Origin: Candidatus Hodarchaeota archaeon
GTDB lineage: Archaea > Asgardarchaeota > Lokiarchaeia > Sigyniarchaeales > SOKP01
Length of the DNA: 64,000 nucleotides
NCBI GenBank assembly: GCA_048887225.1
Contig: JBHLJY010000002.1
Span: 256,001-320,000, forward strand
Reading direction: 5' to 3'
Below are positions 59,849-64,000 of this stretch, one piece after another. The first letter of the stretch is position 1. Each line of letters begins with the position of its first letter. A program made the position numbers and the translations under genes. The notes under the pieces are model-generated. The model did not search any database, was not told the DNA's origin, and worked only from the letters and a program-made list of their open reading frames with translations.

Positions 59849-61558
59849 ATGGGTAAATTGAAGAAAATAATATACGAAAACTGGGAGCTTCTCGGAAGCT
59901 TAGCAATATTTTGGTCCACAATGATACTTATGCTGAGTTATTCTATCCTTTATTTAAATGAAGGGCATCTTGTTTATTCTTTAGATGATGCTTATATTCA
60001 TATGGCAATGGCAAAAAATTTCTCACAAAAAGGAGTTTGGGGTATAACTGATGCGGGATTTTCATCAACATCATCATCGATTTTATATACATTATTACTG
60101 ACATTAATCTTTTTATTTGGACCAAATGAGGTCGCACCTCTTATAATTAATCTTGCTTGTGCCTCACTACTCATTTGGTTTGTTTATTATGTCTTAAAAA
60201 CAAAATATAATTTTCCAGATTATGGTGTATTTGTTTGTTTATTATTGATTATTTTCTTTATACCCTTACCATTTTTAATATTTACAGGAATGGAACACAC
60301 AATACAGATCTTTATTGATATAATTTTTATTTATCTAGCAGTAAATATACTTTGCGACGAAAAAATTTTGGAAAAAAGAATATTTTCTTCAAATGAAGTA
60401 GAGAAATTATTCTCAATTCAAGATAAATTATTTTTGATTGCCACACCTCTAGTTACATTGGTAAGATTTGAAGGGATGTTTCTAATAGTGGTAATTTCTG
60501 CTTTATTTTTAATACGTAAGAAATATATTTATGCATTAATCATAACAGGACTTGGTTTTCTCCCAATAATTATTTTTGGTCTAATTTCTATGAATTTTGG
60601 ATGGTATTTCTTCCCAAATTCAGTGATTTTAAAAGGAGAATCCATTGATTTCTTTTCAATTAATGGAATTTCAGAAATTCTCTTAACATTCATAGATGAT
60701 ATCTCTGATAATTTGCATATTACTGTTCTGCTTATTAGTGCTGTAATTATATTCATTTTTTATTATTTTAAAGAAAAAAAAATATGGAAGGAATCTTCTG
60801 TTATAGCTGTCATTTTCATTTTTGTAACTCTTTTGCATTTAATTTTAATCGGTGCCACCATAGAAAACCAAAATCTTTCTAGGTATGATGGGTATTTAGT
60901 TGCTCTTGGAATTTTGGTTTTATTTTTATCAGTAAAAGATAAATTACCACAAAAATTAGCTCGAAGTCATTTAAATGTTTATTTCGCTAAGATTAAAGAA
61001 AATTATAGACGTAATCTTGTACCATTAGTGGGTGGTAGTTTGGTGCTTTTTTTTCTTTTCTTCTCTTTTGTTCCAAGAAGTTATACACTTATTAAAGATT
61101 CACCTCAAGCATCAAATAATATTTATGAACAGCCATACCATATAGGATTATTTCTTGATAAATATTATGACGGAGAATGTGTTGCCGCAAATGATATAGG
61201 GGCAATAAATTTCCATGCTGATATTGAATGTTTGGACTTAAGAGGATTGGGAACCCTAAGTGTTGCCAAAGCAAGATTAGATAATAAAATGGGAACTAGG
61301 TTTGTTTCTAAAGAAGTAGAAAAAAGGGATTGTAAGATTGCTGTAATTTTTGAAGATAAAGATTACGGGTATGGAATTCCAGATGAGTGGATTAAAGCGG
61401 GGGAATGGGAAGTTAAAAATGATGTAGTATTAGGCGATGATACTATATCTTTTTGGGCAGTTGATCCTAGTGAATATGACGATCTAATTGAAAATCTTAA
61501 AGATTTCGAGGATAAACTTCCCGATACTGTTATTCAATCAGGAAATTATACACTTTGA
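59849..61558 (+). CDS. GT-C membrane glycosyltransferase, DDAYI family (AftB/GT89-like)
   Basis: LDDAYIH..MAKN, GFSSTSS, GME, RFEG, PNS..K, SRY, DIGA...DLRGL. Confidence 0.65.
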   Translation: MGKLKKIIYENWELLGSLAIFWSTMILMLSYSILYLNEGHLVYSLDDAYIHMAMAKNFSQKGVWGITDAGFSSTSSSILYTLLLTLIFLFGPNEVAPLIINLACASLLIWFVYYVLKTKYNFPDYGVFVCLLLIIFFIPLPFLIFTGMEHTIQIFIDIIFIYLAVNILCDEKILEKRIFSSNEVEKLFSIQDKLFLIATPLVTLVRFEGMFLIVVISALFLIRKKYIYALIITGLGFLPIIIFGLISMNFGWYFFPNSVILKGESIDFFSINGISEILLTFIDDISDNLHITVLLISAVIIFIFYYFKEKKIWKESSVIAVIFIFVTLLHLILIGATIENQNLSRYDGYLVALGILVLFLSVKDKLPQKLARSHLNVYFAKIKENYRRNLVPLVGGSLVLFFLFFSFVPRSYTLIKDSPQASNNIYEQPYHIGLFLDKYYDGECVAANDIGAINFHADIECLDLRGLGTLSVAKARLDNKMGTRFVSKEVEKRDCKIAVIFEDKDYGYGIPDEWIKAGEWEVKNDVVLGDDTISFWAVDPSEYDDLIENLKDFEDKLPDTVIQSGNYTL

Positions 61559-61594
61559 GGTACTTGATTTAAGTTCAGCATAGTAAATATCTTT

Positions 61595-62314
61595 TTATGA
61601 TTTTACAATTATTTTTCCACGCAATCTGATTTTTATTATTGCTATTAAGACTTTTATCAGTTTTTTAAGATTTAGTTTCGATTTGCCACCTGCGCGTTCA
61701 TAGTATATAATCGGAATCTCCATTATTTTAGCATTGGGTTGCAAAATACAACCGTATAAAAGTTCTTCAACGATTTCAGGATTAATTGATACAAATTTAT
61801 CAAAATCAAGTTTTTGTAATACCTCTCTTTTAAAGGCTCTATACCCACTAGTACAATCTTTAATTTTTGTACCTAATATGATTCTAATGATTAGATTAGC
61901 CATGAGAGATAATGAACTTCTAACTTTTTTACGTCCTTTTTCGATTCCATCTACAACCATCCTTGAACCTATAACTACGTCATAATTTTGCAAATATTTT
62001 AGTAATTCAGGAATATATTTTGGATGATGCGAAAAATCGGCGTCTAATTCAACAAATATATCATTATCAGATTGAATGAAATATTTCAAACCTACAATAC
62101 CAGCTAATCCTCGCCCTTTTTTACCGGTCCTTCTAATTAAAGTCAAGTTTTTGTATTGATTTCGCAACTCATTGATTATTTCCAAAGTTCCATCTATACT
62201 ATCATCATCAACAACTAATATTTCTTTATTAAAATTTAATTTATTTATTGTTTCGATGATTCTACTTATATTCTCTTTTTCATTATAGGTCGGCAAAAAA
62301 ACTAATACTTTCAT
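61595..62314 (-). CDS. Polyprenol-phosphate mannose synthase-like GT2 (DPM1/Ppm1)
   Basis: PTYNEKEN, VDDDSIDGT, DADFSHHP, GSR, DCTSGYR, ERAGGKSKL. Confidence 0.88.
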   Translation of the reverse strand: MKVLVFLPTYNEKENISRIIETINKLNFNKEILVVDDDSIDGTLEIINELRNQYKNLTLIRRTGKKGRGLAGIVGLKYFIQSDNDIFVELDADFSHHPKYIPELLKYLQNYDVVIGSRMVVDGIEKGRKKVRSSLSLMANLIIRIILGTKIKDCTSGYRAFKREVLQKLDFDKFVSINPEIVEELLYGCILQPNAKIMEIPIIYYERAGGKSKLNLKKLIKVLIAIIKIRLRGKIIVKS

Positions 62315-62487
62315 AAATTATTAAAAGGCTATCTAACTAAAAATAGAATTATTTTATTTAAACTAATGAGTGTTCTTTATTTATTCGTTTAATTAATTAT
62401 CTCTTAAAAGACTTATTGGGTTTTAATGATTAAATTTATATAGGATTATATATCTAATTGATTAAATTAACTGAATGAATATAAATA

Positions 62488-63804
62488 ATGAAGCTTTTCA
62501 AAAGAAAAGAAATCGATATTACTCTCTTGAGTAAAGGATTTTTAATAATATCTCTAATAATTCACCTTGTTTTTATTTTTTCTCTCGTTTTTGGGTTTTT
62601 GAATCCCCTATTCCATGATAGTACTTACCGTTTAGGTCAAGGTTCTGATTTTTATGCTATTTACCAAGCGGGATATAATGTATTATTTGGGTTAAATCCT
62701 TATAAGAAGGTTGATGGCTATAATGTCGTCCCATATTCATATAATTTCATCTACCACCCGTTTCTAGCTTTTACTTTTGGAGTTGCATTTAATATCTTTC
62801 CACCATTCGTTGCATACTGGGTTTGGGTTATAGTTTTGCTTAGTCTGGTATGGATATCATGTTATCTTACTCATAATATCTGTAGAGCTTTAGATAAACC
62901 TAAATGGGTTGAATTTGTTGCTATAGGGATGTGGTTATGTTTTTCACCGATTTATGTTGAATTATTTATGGGACAAATAACATTAATAGTAGCACTATTA
63001 GCTTTCTTTTCATTATACGCAGAAACACGCAAAAAAGAAGCTCAAGGGACTATTTTTTGGACCCTTTCATGTCTCATAAAACAGTTTCCTTTTATTCTTT
63101 TACCTTCAATTTTAAGTTCGGGAAGGACAAGAAAAGTAGTTATAAATATTATTGTCTTTACGATTGCGACAATAGTATTTGGGCTAGGATATTTTTTATT
63201 TTATTATTTAGAATATGCAGGAATAAGATCAAGTAAAGTGTATACCCATTATGGGAATTTTGATTTAAGAAGTGTTATTTATGAGTTTGGTACGCTTATT
63301 ACAACGAGCCCTTCTTGGCTTGAAAAAAATATTTTTTTGATTAATATTGTATTATTTAGTATATTTATTGGCTTATCCTTAATTGCGACGATTTATTCAA
63401 GAGATTACTTAGTTTCAATTAGCCTATTTGTTTGTTCTTACTTCATAATTTTTTCAGGTGTCTGGGAACACCATTTTACATTAATATTACCCTTTCTAAT
63501 CCTTCTATGGATTCGAGATGAATCAAGGAACAAATGGTTTTTTATTTTCCTTTTTTTAGCTATTCCTACTCCTTTTATAATTTTAGAATTAAGCAATTTA
63601 TGGTATTTTCCTTTTTCTCTTTTGTACAGATGTTTTAAGTTTGTTCCTATTTTGATAATGTTTATTTTATTGCTGAAACAGGCATATAAAACACCTCGAA
63701 CCACAAGTTTCGTTGAATCAATTAAAGAAGTAAAAAATAATATTATTATCGGCTTAAAAAATCCAAATATTGAAAATTATTCAAACATTTTCATGGAATT
63801 ATAA
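62488..63804 (+). CDS. Glycosyltransferase family 87 (GT-C, PimE-like)
   Basis: GSDFYAIY, NPY, FIYHP, GQI, IKQFP, WEHH. Confidence 0.78.
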   Translation: MKLFKRKEIDITLLSKGFLIISLIIHLVFIFSLVFGFLNPLFHDSTYRLGQGSDFYAIYQAGYNVLFGLNPYKKVDGYNVVPYSYNFIYHPFLAFTFGVAFNIFPPFVAYWVWVIVLLSLVWISCYLTHNICRALDKPKWVEFVAIGMWLCFSPIYVELFMGQITLIVALLAFFSLYAETRKKEAQGTIFWTLSCLIKQFPFILLPSILSSGRTRKVVINIIVFTIATIVFGLGYFLFYYLEYAGIRSSKVYTHYGNFDLRSVIYEFGTLITTSPSWLEKNIFLINIVLFSIFIGLSLIATIYSRDYLVSISLFVCSYFIIFSGVWEHHFTLILPFLILLWIRDESRNKWFFIFLFLAIPTPFIILELSNLWYFPFSLLYRCFKFVPILIMFILLLKQAYKTPRTTSFVESIKEVKNNIIIGLKNPNIENYSNIFMEL

Positions 63805-63822
63805 TAATAATAATAATAATAA
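63802..63822. repeat. (TAA)7 microsatellite starting at the stop codon of the GT87 gene
   Basis: Seven consecutive TAA triplets, 63802-63822, between two convergent genes. Confidence 0.85.
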
Positions 63823-63828
63823 ACAGAT

Positions 63829-64000
63829 TCAATACCTAGTTTTAAAGATTACCTCATCATCTATCGTTATTTTTCTGAAATAATCATTATTTTCAAGAAA
63901 TTCTGCTCTAAAATATATTTCAACTTCTAATCTTTCGGGGAAGTGTTCAAGCTGAGCGGCATCAAATAGGTATTCTGTTATATTTAGAGAGACTGGATCA
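63829..64000 (-). CDS. Hypothetical protein, C-terminal fragment (enters from the window end)
   Basis: Hand translation DPVSLNITEYLFDAAQLEHFPERLEVEIYFRAEFLENNDYFRKITIDDEVIFKTRY*, stop at 63829-63831. Confidence 0.55.
   Translation of the reverse strand, partial: DPVSLNITEYLFDAAQLEHFPERLEVEIYFRAEFLENNDYFRKITIDDEVIFKTRY

Noticed and set aside
1016-63704. About 30 short ORFs (60-132 aa) in the track, e.g. 2359..2748, 9839..10117, 23994..24296, 37432..37830
   Set aside because: They lie antisense to or out of frame within well-supported genes and carry no motifs; they are shadow ORFs.

Overview
This 64 kb, very AT-rich window is entirely a cell-surface glycan/glycoconjugate locus of about 51 genes with frequent strand switching. 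It is probably archaeal; Asgard/Lokiarchaeia-like is an inference from composition, gene architecture and the archaeal-type IPCT, not proven. Glycosylation and export genes: 12 GT4 enzymes, 2 GT2 (one polyprenol-P-mannose synthase-like), 7 multi-TM GT-C-like proteins (three are STT3/AglB-like paralogues without WWDYG), 2 flippases and an ABC-2 exporter. Tailoring genes: sulfotransferase, methyltransferases, radical SAM enzyme, NDP-sugar epimerase and two glutaminase-less asparagine synthetase-like ligases. Two modules stand out. (1) Two myo-inositol-1-phosphate synthases plus a CTP:inositol-1-phosphate cytidylyltransferase, with no DIPP synthase in the window, are transcribed divergently from a tandem two-domain TagF-family phosphotransferase. 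This suggests CDP-inositol is used to build a teichoic-acid-like inositol-phosphate surface polymer. (2) A VTC (polyphosphate polymerase) + DUF4956 membrane pair is surrounded by four membrane-anchored CotH kinases, suggesting an extracytoplasmic phosphorylation system with its own phosphoryl-donor supply. I saw no rRNA, tRNA, CRISPR array or mobile element. All calls come from motif recognition by eye; no searches were run.
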